NCBI RefSeq assembly: GCF_048593235.1
Contig: NC_133621.1
Span: forward strand, 177,741,958-177,805,957
Length of the DNA: 64,000 nucleotides
Reading direction: 5' to 3'
Source: Sminthopsis crassicaudata
Lineage: Eukaryota
This document shows, one piece after another, positions 13,690 through 26,951 of the stretch. The translations under genes and the position numbers were made by a program. The notes beneath the pieces are model-generated. The model was not told the DNA's origin. It saw nothing but the letters and a program-made list of their open reading frames with translations, and did no database searches. Position 1 is the first letter of the stretch; each line of letters begins with the position of its first letter.

Positions 13690-14125
13690 CCCTGTACATG
13701 TTTTATAATCCAGCAACAATAATCTCCTTGCTTTTCCTCAAACATGTCCTGCTCCTTCCAACTCCATGCATTTTTACTGGCTATCCCTCCATGCATGGAA
13801 TGTTCTTCCTCTTTCTCTGAGACTCCTGGCTTCTCTTGTATCCTTCAAGTCTCAGCTAAAAATCCCAATTTCTTCAAGAAACTTTTCTTGATCCCTTTTA
13901 ATGCTAATACAAAACTTCCTTTGAGCTTATCTCCAATTTATTTGTACATAATCAATTGGATGTCTCCTCATCCATTAGGTGGTGAGTCTTTGAAAACAGG
14001 GACTTGGTTTTTGTTGTTTTTTTTTTGTTTTTTTTTTTTACTTTTTTTTTTTGTATCCCTAGTGCTTAGGACCATATAATACCTGACATAGAGTAGGCAT
14101 TTAATAAATGCTTATTGACTTGACT
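13690..14125 (+). mobile_element. L2 3' end
   Basis: catgcatggaatgttcttcc...tgtatccctagtgctt...taggcatttaataaatgcttattgacttgact. Confidence 0.7.
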
Positions 14126-14310
14126 CCTACATTCTTCAATTCACTGTATTGTTCTTGCATCTTTAATGACATACTATGTGCCTGACATGGTGCAAGGCCC
14201 AAAATGTGCAAATACAAAGAACAAGACCGTCTCTACGCTCAAAGAACTTACATTAGCTGCCCTTTCATCTGGATTTCACTCTTCTACTCCACTGAATGCT
14301 AGATAGTATG

Positions 14311-14358
14311 ATATATATAGAGAGAGAGATATATAGATATCTCTCTCTCTATATATAT
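14311..14358. repeat. Perfect 22-bp inverted repeat with 4-nt spacer
   Basis: ATATATATAGAGAGAGAGATAT-atag-ATATCTCTCTCTCTATATATAT. Confidence 0.93.
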
Positions 14359-15559
14359 AAAAGCACTTTGAAACACCACAAAAATGTAAGTTATCAACAT
14401 TATTATTATTGTTATTATTGAACCTAGTCTAAATTCATCAATGACTACCCTATTACCAAATATATAATTTCCCTTTTCTCTCTATGAGAAATACACATAA
14501 TATTTGTTTCTAGTATTTTTCTTAAAAATAATTCTTCCTTTGACTTCTGTGACTCTGGTTCTCCTTAAGACTCTCCAATTGTTTCTTTCCTCTTTCCTTA
14601 ATTAGATCCCCTTTATTCTCTTGACTCCTAAATTTAAGCTCTGTCCTTAGTCTTATTTTCTCTGTGCATATTCCATGAATGGGTTTCAATTATTACAATT
14701 TTGCCTGAATCTCAAATCTCTCTTTACTTCTTTTACCTCCATCTATATCTGTCTTACCTCTTACTCTGCCTTTCTTACATTCTAGTCTCTCATTTCCAAT
14801 CATTTTTATCTAGTGGATATTTTCCCCTTCTATATCATTTCATAATCATTATCACCTCTCACATTGGTTATTACAGAATCTTTTAAGTCTACTGACTTCC
14901 TGACTCCACTTTCTCTTCCCTTTCCACCCTCATCCATCTTATATGCTGTTTTAAAATCATAATTCTCTATGTCTATTGCATAAAATCTAAACTTCATAAC
15001 TTCTCCACAATTTTGCCCAAAGTAGTTTTCCTACCATATCTCTGACTACTCTTTTACATGTACCATACTTTTCAAATAAATGGGATTAACCTTTACTTCT
15101 TAGTCAAAGTTTTCACTTTTACACACAGCTCTCTCTTTGTTCATTTCTTTTGTTTGTGAGACATTTCCCTCACTCTCTCAACTTTTTGAAATCTTATCGA
15201 TCTTTCAAGGCTCAGCTCAAATGCCACTTAATCCTTTGTCTCCTATGTCAAAAGTAAGCTTTGCCTCCTATGAAATCCTCTTACTTTTTGTTTTGACAAT
15301 ACTTATGACATTTACTATAGCTGGTCTCAGGTTACATTTATTTGTGTACATATCTTATCTCCCCTGTTAGTTTGAAGGTTACCTGTGATAAAGTTTTAGT
15401 ATTAGAAAAATGCCTTGCACACTGTTGTTGTTTAGTAAATGTTCCCTGAATGAACACATTATTCTGTGACTGAATAACTTCTTAACAAAAAGTCTTAGAA
15501 TAGTAGGGAGAGTGAAAGAAGCCTTTCTTCATCCATCATTGTAGAGAATCAGTGGGACT

Positions 15560-16345
15560 GCTATGCTGTTTTTAAACTGGAGGAAAAAGGATAGGCTAGA
15601 AAGATGTTTAATAGAGAGAATCACAAGATGTAGCAATGGATTAGATATGTGATGTGAGAGAAAGTGGGAAGTTAGAATGACTCTCAGATTGTAAACTTGG
15701 GTGACTGACTAACTAGAAGGATGGTAATGCCCTCAAAAGAGACAGGGAAATTCTGAAGAGTATTGAGTTCTGGGGGGAAAGATAATTACTCTTATTCTAG
15801 AATGATTGAATTTTGCATGCCTATGAGACATCTAGTTTAAAATGTCTAATAGGAAATTAGTGATGTGGGATTAAGGCCCAGGAGAATGACTAGGATTAGA
15901 AAAAAAAAGATCTGAGAATCATCTGTGTGGAAATTATTGAATTCATGGTTGTTGAGGAGAGTGTGTGAGTGGAGAGGAAAGATGAGAGAGAATGTATAGA
16001 GAAAAATGAGAAGAGGTTTAAGGAGAAAGCCTTGGGAAATACTCACAGCTAGGAGGTGGCTTGTGAATGATGATCCAGTAAAGACAACAAAAGAAATGGT
16101 TAGACAAGTATAAGAAAAATCAAGAGAGAGTAGTAATATCTAGAAGAAAAGAATAGTTGACAGGGACAAATATTGTAAGAGGTCAAGAAGGATAAAGATT
16201 AGGAGGAAAAATCCAACACAGTTGACAATTAAGGGATCATTGGTAACTTTGCAGAAAGCAGTTTCTATTGAATGAAGGGTCAAAAATCAGATTACAAAAG
16301 CAGTTTTTTGTGTTATGTAATTTAATGTAATTTTCTATATAATTT
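15560..16345 (-). mobile_element. L2 fragment
   Basis: tggattagatatgtgatgtgagag...gaatgactctcagatt...ggtcaagaaggataag...cattggtaactttg. Confidence 0.6.
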
Positions 16346-16369
16346 TTGCATGGAAGAAAAAAAGAGACA

Positions 16370-16520
16370 CTAAGACATAGAGAAACACATGTACAGAGAG
16401 AAAGATAGACAGAGAGTCTATGAGAGGGAGAGAGAGAGAGAGAGAGGAAGTGACTAAGAGAAAGAGGAAGAGATAGAGAGAAGGAAAGGAAAAGAGTAAG
16501 ACAGAAGGAGAGAGAGAAAT
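16370..16520. repeat. GA-rich low-complexity tract
   Basis: (GA)n core at about 16428-16446 within a purine tract. Confidence 0.8.
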
Positions 16521-17854
16521 GCAAGAGTAGAACAATTGCTTTACATACATTCCCATTCCTCCTGACAATCCTATGAAATGTTCTCCCTATTTTACAGTTG
16601 GAGTTAAGTGGCAGGCCATATAGCTCATAAGTAAAAAAGCTGGAGGGATATGTGAATTATAGCAATATAGCAATTATGGTAATAATAAATTTAAGGATAG
16701 TAATAAAGTACCAGAAAGTATTGGAAAGTAAATAAATACTGAAAAAAATGAAAAAGGAGTAAAAATCTTAGAGTTATCATACAATCAAAGCAATCTCTGC
16801 CCAGATCCATGTGATCCATCATAGCATAATAGAAAGAACAAATCTTCAAATTCCTGTATATAAATTGTTTTTAGACCTTAAAGTCTATATGAGTGTTAAT
16901 TACTATGGTTCAAAACTAGAATCTGAACTTTACTACTCTAATGTAGTCTCGAGGTTTGATTCTGAACCTTTTATGACCAGTGACATTTCAGTCAAATTCA
17001 CCTCTGACTACTGAGAGAAAGGTTAGGACTGAAGTTGTGAAATCCTTGGACACTCATAACATAAAAAGGTCAATGGATCTTTGTTGATCATTAAACCAGA
17101 AAGGCTTTCCCAAGGGCATTCTTCTTAATTCTGGCTTCATATATTTCAGCTGTGCTTGTATTTTTATTCTAATCTCTCCCACTCTCAAATTAATGTTGCA
17201 GCCACAGCAGCAGCTGAAAGTGAGTGAGTGAAAGCCTACACAGTGAAAGAGAAATAGAAATCTGAGATAACAGGCAATTAATTAACCTTTTAATGAGTAC
17301 ATACTGTGTTCTGGGTGCTAGGGACAAAAAAGACAAAATCCTTACTTTTGAGAGGCTTACATTCTACTGAAGTGATATTTTAGATAAAAATTCAATGATA
17401 CTGCCAATGAAGTACACTTTACCAATCTTTTGAGGGTGCTGAAAAATCTGGAATATTTGCCCCTATAGTGGGATTTACAATTTAAAATTTAGAAAAATTT
17501 TTTTCAGGAAAGTAAATCTAAAACATCCTCTCATTAGACTATTCTTAAAGTAGGCTTGCAGCCTGGTGATGAGTGAGAAGAACAGAGAGGGATGGAATAG
17601 GAGCTGAGGATCTCCTTTTGTTGGAGGAATATCTCAACTGTTTCTCAGGGCCATTTCCAGTGGATGAAGAAGATTAAGTAACTGTCCCAGGGTCATGTAG
17701 CTACTAAATGTCTGAGGCTAGATTTAAATTCAAGTCTTCCCAATTCGGTGTAGAACTCTATCCACTGAGCCACCTATTGTCCCATTATTCTTATAGTCCA
17801 ATCTCCAAGAAGCTGCAGAATGCTTAGTTGTCACATCATGTAAAACTTTTTCAA

Positions 17855-18206
17855 TAGGGGCTAAAGCAGGTTGAGAGCAACCAACAAGCCTCAAAACCAT
17901 TGGTGAGTTAGGTAGATGTCCACCTTTAGTATATGAAGACTTCCATGGCAGAATGGGTTGAACGAGAACAATTTGTTCCAATAGCCATGAATGCAGGAGA
18001 AGCTCTAAGAGCTTAGTCAGGCATTGAAGATGCCAAGGTTATCCACTGCATTCCAAGCCATGGTCAGTCATCTTGACTTCTGTCTTGCCATTGGACTTTG
18101 GTGACTTTGGAAGAGATAGTGAGGCTGACAATCTTTAAATCATGTACAAATCAGGACATCATCAGTGATATCAGTGGTCCTCTCCAAAACAAAGGATGAA
18201 CAGCAA
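17855..18206 (-). mobile_element. RTE-related (RTE_Mdo/WALLSI4-like) 5' fragment
   Basis: gatgccaaggttatccactgcat...cttgccattggactt...ggtcctctccaaaacaaaggatgaac; a short + strand copy of the same end lies at about 48225-48290. Confidence 0.62.
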
Positions 18207-18239
18207 ACGGTGAAGGTCAATAAAATAATGGGAGAAGAT

Positions 18240-19200
18240 TTTTTTAAAAAATCTATTTTGCTATTTCTTGGTTTCTCATAGCTTCACTGATTTTTCCCTT
18301 GTCCAATTCTAATTTTCAAAGAGTTATTTTCATCTTTGAAATACTGACTCTCCTTTTCTAATTGATTAACTTTTTTTTTTCATAATCTAGTCTTGTTTTT
18401 CTTGGATGGTTATTTTAAAATCTTTTCCTTAATGTTTCTCATTTGATTTTAAAATTTTTTTGAGTTCTTTTATAAATTCTCTATGGGCAGGGAGCCATTT
18501 CACTTTATTCTTTGGGGTAGAAGAAGCTCTTTTTACTTAAATATTCTCCTTTGAATATGAACCCTGGTCTTCCCTTTCCCATAATATATTTCTAGGGTGA
18601 GGGTTTTTCTTCTTTGATGGTTTATTTTTTTAAAATAAGAGGTATTAGTGTAAGCATTTCTAATCTTGGAGTAGGTGGATGGTGCCTCAAGTTTCACTAG
18701 AATTCTCCCTTCTGACCTGGAACCTTAAACCAAGAGCTTCCTCCAGCAGGTGCCTGCAACCAGCAGAGACCTTGCCTCACTGCTTTTGCACTTACTGGGT
18801 GCTGTTCCTTCTGCCCCAGGGCACTGTTTCAGCACATCTGAGCCTGATGTTCCTGATTACCCAAGGTTCCCTCAGTCTTATCCCACTCAGACTCCATAGT
18901 TGTCTGGAGGTGAAAGTCTCTGTAGTTCCTGCTGAAGTTCTTGCCACACACAGCTAGCTCTAGGGCTCCCCCCCCCCCTTGAAGTTTTCTGTGAAGCTAG
19001 CTTAGAGGTATTTGTAATCTCAGCCTGGGGTATTTCTTCAGATCTTTTTGGGTTGTACCAGGAGGACTCCAGTTCTGCCCCAAATCTTCTTGACTCCATG
19101 TTTGCTCTGGGGCAAAAATTTGTTCTTTTTGTAGGGGAAATCTGGAGATCTTGAAATTTACTAACCCACTCCACTATCTTTCCAGAATCTTCCCCCGAAG
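18240..19200 (-). mobile_element. L1/HAL1 5' UTR and ORF1-start fragment
   Basis: Visibly homologous to 22860-23790 (gggcagggagccatttcac versus gggcaggggaccatttcac); ends in ccactatctttccagaa, resembling a reversed L1 5' terminus. Confidence 0.65.
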
Positions 19201-19854
19201 AAATTATTTTTGCTTCAATACCCTTCTCTCAAGATGAACCCTAGTCTTCTCTATTTACAAAGAGACATTTTATGGTTAGATTCTTTTTTTTTTTCCCTGA
19301 TCAGATGTTGCCACTAGCCTCAAGTCTTCCTTCAGTTCTCATCTCTGACTGAGAACCAAAATCAAGGACTTTGATCTCCTCTCATAGACAATGGGTCCTA
19401 GCCCACTGCTTCTGGACTCATCAGATTTGTGTTGGTTCTTTCTCATCCAGGGTATCTTGGCTTCACATGCTGAACTTATCATCCCTTATCAGTAGAGATT
19501 CCCAATCTTTCTGGATTTATAAACTGAACTTCCTACACTGTCCTGGAGATAAATAAATATCCACCCCAGTGGTTGGGGTGGAATCCATCTCCCAACCCTG
19601 AGAGTCTCAAAGCTCACAACTTGTTTAAGAGGAACTAACTTAGAGGGGTTTACTAGTTCATAAGAGCTAAACTTCCATCCTGGTATCTTGCTGAATCTTC
19701 TCTGGTTGTCCCTGGAGGATCACTGTTCTCTCCAATTCTAATTTATTTATTTATTTAACATTCTAGGTTCACTCTGAGGAGCTATTTGTTTATGGGGGAG
19801 ATAGACTCCTGGAATTTTCTGACTTACCCTGCCATCTTCCCAGAATTCTCTCAT

Positions 19855-22800
19855 TTAATAAAGTGTTTTGCTCTTAATAGTATTTCTCTCCATTACTTGT
19901 AAAGATAGTTTTCGATATTCATTTTTGTAAGATTTTTAGCTCCAAATTTTTCTTCCTCCCTTCTCCCTTCCCAAGACAGCTTGTAATCTAATATAGTTTG
20001 TACATGTATAATTATGTTAAACATATTTACACATTAGTCATGTTATGGAAAAAATATCAGAATAATAAAGAAAAGTGATGAGAAATAAAAAATAAAACAA
20101 AACAAAAAGAAAGTGAAAATAGTGTGCTTCAATGTGCATTCTTCACAGTTCTTTCTCTGGATGTGGATAACATTTTCCATCACACATCTTTTGGATTTGT
20201 CTTGAATCATTGTATTTCTGAGAAGAGCAAAGTCAATCATAGTTGGTCATCTTATAATGTCACTGTTACTATATACAATGTATATTATATACAGATCTAT
20301 TAATGGTATTCCTGGATCAAAGGGTCTGAAGACTTTTATAGCTCTTTGGACACTATTCTAAATTGCTCTCCAGAATGGTTAGACCAATTCTCAACTCCAC
20401 CAACAATAAATTAGTATTCTATTTTTTTCTACATCTTCTCTAAGATTTATTATTTTCCTTTTCTGTCATATTGCCAATCTGATAGGTGTAAGTTAGTAGC
20501 TCAGAGTTGTTTTAATTTGCATCTCTCTATCAATAGTAATTTAGAACATTTAGGCTTTAATTTTTTCATATGAAAACTGTTCATATCCTTTGACCATATA
20601 TCATTTGGGAAATGTCTTTTGTTCTCATAAATTTGATTCAGTTCTCTATTTATTTGAGAAATGAGGCCTTAAATAGAAACACTATAAAAATAGTTTCCCA
20701 GATTTCTGTTTCCTTTCTAATCTTGGTTGCATTGGTTTTGGTTTTTAATTTAATATATTAAAGATATCCATTTTACAGTTTATAATGTTCACTATTTCTT
20801 ACTTGATTATAATTTCCTTCTTTCTCCAAAGATCTGACAGTTAAACTATCTCTTTCTCTCATAATTTGCTTATGGTATCTTTATGTCTAAATCAAGTACC
20901 TATTTTGACCTTATCTTGGTGTTGGTTTGTGCCTAAGTTCTGCCATACTTTTTCCAGTTTTCCTAGTAGATTTTGTCAGATAGTGAGTTATTCATGGAAG
21001 CATTTAGAAATATAAAATATCTCCCAAGAACTTCTTAAGCTGCATCCTATAAATTTTAATGTTGTCTCATTGTTGCTCTTTTTAATGAAATTATTGTTTC
21101 TATGATTTGTTATTTGACCACTCATCCTTTAGGAATAGATTATTTAGTTTCCAACTAATTTAAATTTATCTTTTCATAATCCTTTATTATACATGACCTA
21201 AAAAGGATGTATTTAATATTTCTATCTTTCTGCATTTGATTGTAAGGCTTTTATGCCCTAATACATGGTCAATGTTCATGTAGATGCCAAGTACTACTGA
21301 GAAAAAGTTATATTTCTTTCTATCCCCATTCATTTTTTTCTAGAGTTCTATTGTACCTAGTTTTTCTAAAATTTCATTCACCTTCTTAATTTCCTTCTAA
21401 TTTATTTTGTGGTTAGGTTTATTTATTTGAGAGGGAGAGGTTGAGGCCCCTCCCTAGTAGAGTTTTACTACTTCTTTCTCTACTCACTTAACTTGTCCTC
21501 TAAAAAAACGAAACAAAACAAAAGAGAACGTTGTAATGTGTCTAGCAGAAAATCAGTTATGTATACAACAAATTACCAGATCAAGAAAGTATATATATAT
21601 ATATATATTAGTAGAAGAAATTATACTCATGAATGCCCACTTTTTCTTTACTTCCTTGTAAACTGTTCTTTAGTTTTCTATTGTGCACCTTATTTAGTTT
21701 TCCTTACTTTCATTCTCCCAACATACCCAAACAAGCTACAGTTAAGGAAAGATATATTTATATATACATATATACATACACTCATTCTTTAGGATTAGAG
21801 AACGTCCCCCCCATATATAGGTCTTTCCTGTCCCTGCTGTCTCTTTAAATTCTGCTTTATAACTTGTTTTGTTATTACTTAACCTCCCCCTACCCATGGA
21901 TCCCTCTCTTGTCTTTTTCCCTTACCCTTTACTTTCCCATCTGCCTTATTTCTTTATAGATTTTGGAGTGTTTTATACCCTTCATAGTGTATATATAGTA
22001 TTGCCCGATGTGAGTAGGTTTTCAGAACTATGAGCTCTCCTCCCCCGTCTAATGCCTCTGTGTCTATTCTTCCTCTGCAACTCATTTGTATAACATTATT
22101 ACTATTTTTACCTTGACTCTTCCAGTTTTTCTTTTGAGCTACTTAAGTGAATCTTAAACATCTAGTATCCATTTTCCCATGTTAAAACAATATAAACAAT
22201 TTGTCTATGTTTAATCAATATGTTAATGTTAAGTTCCTCCAAAGTGACCTTTCATGCTGACTCTTATATGTTAAATTTTTCTATTAAATTTAGCTTTGGT
22301 TGATAGAAAATCCTGAAAATCTGCAAGTTCACTAAAAATTCATTTTTTTTTCTCATTCAAAATTATAGATATTTTTTATGATTTTTTGGTTGCAGGCCTA
22401 GTTCTTTTGCTTGTCTGTAGATATGATTCCAGAACCTGCAATCTTTTACTGTAACTGCTGATAAGTCTTGTACAATTTTAATTGCAGCTGCACCATATTT
22501 AATTTTTTTTTCTTGTTTCTTACAACATTTTCTTTTTAATCTGGGATTTTTTGAAATTTGGCAGTTATATATATATTCCTGTGTGAAGGGATCTCTTTGA
22601 AGTGACCAGTGGTCTTTTTGTTTGTTTGTTTGTTTGTTTTTGTTTTTTCTATTCCTACTTTCTCCTCATGTTCTTTCATTCTAGGACAATTTTCTTGGAT
22701 TATTTCCTGCATTATTATGTCAAGATCCTCTTTTTGGTCACAACTTTCTGGTAGTTCAATTATTATGTTTTCTCTTCACAATCTGTTCTCCAGATGTGTT

Positions 22801-23790
22801 ATTTTTCTTATGTTTCACATTCTTTTCTATCTTCTCATTCTTTATAATCTGTTTTGTTATTTCTGGGTCCCTCATAACTTCACTGGCTTCCCCTTTCCCA
22901 ATTATAATTTTTGAAGAATTATTTTAATCTTCAAGACTCTGTACCTCCTTTTCTAATTGCTTAACTTTCCCCCCCCATGAATTTCTTGTTTTTTGGTTTT
23001 TGGGGTTTTTTTGGATGGTTTTTATTTTTTATTTTTAGCTTTTTAAGTTTTCACTCAATATCTCTAATTTTAAAATTCTTTTTTAATTTCTTCTATAAAT
23101 TCTTCCTGGGCAGGGGACCATTTCACCTTACTCTTTTGGGAAGAAGCTTTTTTTTTTAAACTAAAGTGAACCCCAGTCTTGCCTGTTCCCATAATATGTT
23201 TCAATGGTGGGGTTCTTTGTTTTTTGCTGATTCGTTTTTTAAAAGAAGTATTAGTGTAAGAACTTTTAAGTATGGGATAGGGGGATCATACCTCAAGCTT
23301 CTGTTCAGGTCTCTACTCTGACCAGAAACCTCAAACCAAGAACTCCACCCTCCAAGTACCCACAGCCAGCAGTGTCCCTGTCCCACTGCCCTTTGTATTC
23401 TCCTGGGTCTGGCATTCCCAATCAATCGAAGTTCCTTCAGTCTTTCCTGACTCAAACCCTAACTGGACAGAAAGTCCTGGCAGTGAAAGTTTCTCTGGTT
23501 CCTGCAGAGGCTCCCAGTCACACCCAGCTATCCTGAGGGCTCCCAACTTGACTTTTCTGCTAAGCTAGCCCAGAGGTGTTTGCACTTCAGAGAAATTCAT
23601 CTCCAGCCCTGGGTCTTTTTTTAGATCTTCTGAAATTGTATCAGGCAGGCCCCTATTCTGCCCCAGGTCTTCCTTCTATTTATTCCTCAAGTTTCTCTGA
23701 TAGATTATTCTCTATGTGCTATTATTTCACCAGAAAGGACTCCAAGATTCTGCCTGAGACCTCTTTTCTCTCTACTATCTTTGAATAATA
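19855..23790 (-). mobile_element. Degenerate L1 with 5' UTR, ORF1, EN and 3' end but no RT region
   Basis: 3' end/ORF2 C-terminus about 19855-20990, EN-like about 21005-21480, ORF1-like about 22270-23000, 5' UTR-like to about 23790; segment calls from recalled L1 text. Confidence 0.65.
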
Positions 23791-24589
23791 TCATTATTTT
23801 GTATTGATTGCCTGCAGAGCATATTTAGCTTTAATCCCTCTCCAGACTTCCAGTTCCTCATTACCAATTGCTACTTTTATGTCTTGAATTGAATGGACCA
23901 AAGAGATCTCAAAATCAACATAAAAATAAAATTATCTTACGCTAGATTTTATTTCTTTAAACTTTCTAGTTCCTGTTGAGAGCACTTTTGGGATCACAGA
24001 AACTATAACCTAGCAGCATTTTGGACTCTTCTATCTCCCTAATTTGCTATATCCAATCCATTGCCAACTCGTTACTGTTGTTTTTCTTCAGCCTCCATAA
24101 TTTCTCTCATATCTATCCCCTTCTTTGCTTTCACATGACCATTGCTTTATTTCAGTTTCTCTTCACTCTCACATGTTGCAGTAATATTTTAATTGGACCT
24201 CCAACATTCTGACCATATCACTTCCCTCTTCGTTGACAGTATCCTTCTTAAGAAACTTCTATTGCTCTCTATTGTTTCTAGGATAAATCAAATACTCTTC
24301 ACCTTGGCCCTTAAAGATCTTCATAGTCTGGCTCTCATTAGCTCATTTTGTAGTTTTCTCTTGCACTATCTTTCAACATAAGGAATCTATCCATTAGCTT
24401 TCTCTGGATTCTGAATCCCATATCTCACCTATTTATATTGTATAGATTATATGATATACTCCATATTGTCCTCTCTTAGAATTCTTTGTATTTTTCAGGA
24501 TTTGATTGAAGCAAAAACTGGTACAATAGGAAATATGCTGAATTTGTAATCAAGAGAAACTAAAGGTTTTTCTGTTTCATGAGGGATTA

Positions 24590-25195
24590 CAGAATCTCAG
24601 AATCAGAAGAGATCTTAAAGGCTGTTTAAACCTACCTATATCTAATTAGAAATCTGTACTTATCAAGTGTCATGGAATCTTTATTTGATAACTCCCAATG
24701 AGAACTATTTCCTGAACTAGTCCATTCTATATGATGATATCTTGAATTGTTAGAATGGTTTTCTTTATGTTGAATTGAAATCCAGTTCCTTGCAGTTTCC
24801 ACTGCTTTCATCCTACTCTCTTAGGCCAAACAATACAAGTCTAATATATCTCTACTTGACAATCTTTTATATACTTGAAGGCAGTTAACATAATCTTGCT
24901 TCAGTCTTTCCTCCTCCAAGTTAAACATTTGCAATAACTTTAATTGAGAGACCTTATGCTAGGAACCAATTTGCTTGCCATCCTGCTTACCCTTTTGTAT
25001 ATATACTTAAGTTTATCAGTGGCCTCTCAGAGCTACTATTACACTGAAACCTGAATATGGGACTCTAGATGGAGACTAACTAGGGTCGAATGCAGCAGGA
25101 CTATCACTTTCCTTCTTTGGATGTTATGCTTCTATTAATATAACCTAAAATCATGTTGGGTTTTTAGGCTGCAACATCATACTATTGTCACATAA
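24590..25195 (-). mobile_element. L3/CR1 remnant
   Basis: ttagaatggttttctttatgttgaattgaaatc and gcaggactatcactttcc-type CR1 text; ends about 40 nt before exon 6. Confidence 0.55.
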
Positions 25196-25232
25196 TTACC
25201 TTAAATTCCACTGAATCCCTCTGCTTTTCCAG

Positions 25233-25350
25233 ATGTTGTTACTCCAAATGGCCTGAACATTAAGAAATTTTCAGCTGTGCATGAGTTTCAAAATTTGCAT
25301 GCTTTGTACAAGTCCAGGATCCAGGATTTTGTTCGTGGTCATTTCTATGG
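25233..25350 (+). CDS. GYS2: GYS2 coding exon 6 (118 bp)
   Basis: cag|AT GTT...TAT GG|gtatgt; (D)[38 protein letters not shown](G); phase matches exons 5 and 7. Confidence 0.97.
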
Positions 25351-25429
25351 GTATGTATTTGGAAACAGTATCAGAAGTCTTGGAACTAGAAGAGGCCATA
25401 GAAATAATTTAGTTCAATCTGCTCACTTT

Positions 25430-25812
25430 TTTTGGTTTGATTGCCTTTTTTATTAAAGCTTTTTATTTTCAAAACATATACACTGATAACTTTTCAACAC
25501 TAACCTTTGCAAAACTTTGTGTTCCAAATTTTTCCTTTCTCCCCCCAACCCTTCCCCAGCTGGCAAATAATCCAATATATGTTAAACATGTTAAAATATA
25601 TATGTTAAATCCAATATATGTATACGTATTTATGCAATTATCATGCTGCACAAGAAAAATCAGATCAAAAAGAAACAAAATGCAAGCAAGCAACAGCAAA
25701 TAGAGTAAAAATGCTATGTTATGCTCCACACTCAGTTCCCACAGTCCTCTCTCTCTGGGTGTTGATGGCTCTCTTCATCAAAAAAAATTGGAACTGGACT
25801 CAAGCATCTCAT
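25430..25812 (-). mobile_element. 5'-truncated L1 3' end nested in a MIR-like SINE
   Basis: Terminus tttattaaagctttttattttcaaaacatat; 17-bp TSD TTCAA(T/C)CTGCTCACTTT at 25413-25429 and 25813-25829. Confidence 0.82.
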
Positions 25813-26830
25813 TTCAACCTGCTCACTTTACAGATTAAGAAACTGATGTATCTAGGTCTCACAGGTAGCAAGTGGTAGAGCTAAGATTTGAACTCAGGTC
25901 TTCAAACTCCAAGTGTTAATACTTCCCCATTGTACCAGTATGTTTTCTCTAACTCAAATTAGACATGAACTTTAATAGGTATCTAGCACACAGAAAACAG
26001 GATTATAACCATTGATGAAAAATCAGAGTTCCACACTTTCCCATTAATCTTTTCTTTTTATCCACATAGGTTATATTTAATTTGGTCTAGAGCCATGATT
26101 TCATGGCTTGAAGGAGTTCCTGGTTAGAAAATTCCTTTTACCAATACAGATAGTCAATTGTTATTCAACTTAAAGTCTTAGAAAGTTGTCTAGGAAATTG
26201 AGATTACATGACTGCACCAAACACAAAGTCAGTATGTAGTAGAGGCAAGACTTGAAGGAAAGTCATCCTAATTCACAAACTGATGACTAATTCACTGTAA
26301 CTTACTGAGTTATAGGCAATATCTTTATAGAAAACTGTATTTAATCCAACACTAGTTGGTATAAATTTCAGTTCTGGATCTCCAAGACCCACTAAAAAAA
26401 AAAAAAGAAAGAAAAGAAAATTCAGCAAAAAAAGGTCTCTATTTTTTTTTTCTATCATTTGTAAAATAAATAGATTTTAAGTGAATCTCTTTTCATGAAT
26501 TCCATTGTAATGGAAGGGATTTTTTATCCTTCTGCCACAATACCCTTCATAATCATAGTAGAGTGTTTATGGATGAAAAACAACTTCTATTTAAATCAGC
26601 ATTAAATCACTGTCAAATCCTCTGAGATTCATTTTAAGAGTTTTTGCCTGAACTCTTGGCACTCCAACATTAATAGTTCAAAAAAAAATGTGCCAAGAGA
26701 CTTACATAAGGGTGACAAATCTTTCTCAAAGATACTAAGAATCTCAAACGAAATTATAAGAGAAATGGATACTAGTTATGTCATTTTCCGGCTTTATATA
26801 AATATAGTTTATTGTTTTGTTTCATTTCAG

Positions 26831-26951
26831 TCATCTTGATTTTGACCTTGAAAAGACTTTATTCCTTTTCATTGCTGGGAGATATGAATTTTCAAACAAA
26901 GGAGCTGACATCTTCTTAGAAGCTTTATCCAGACTAAATTTCCTCTTACGG
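26831..26951 (+). CDS. GYS2: GYS2 coding exon 7 (121 bp)
   Basis: cag|T CAT...CGG|gtaaga; [40 protein letters not shown] (GRYEFxNKG motif). Confidence 0.97.
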
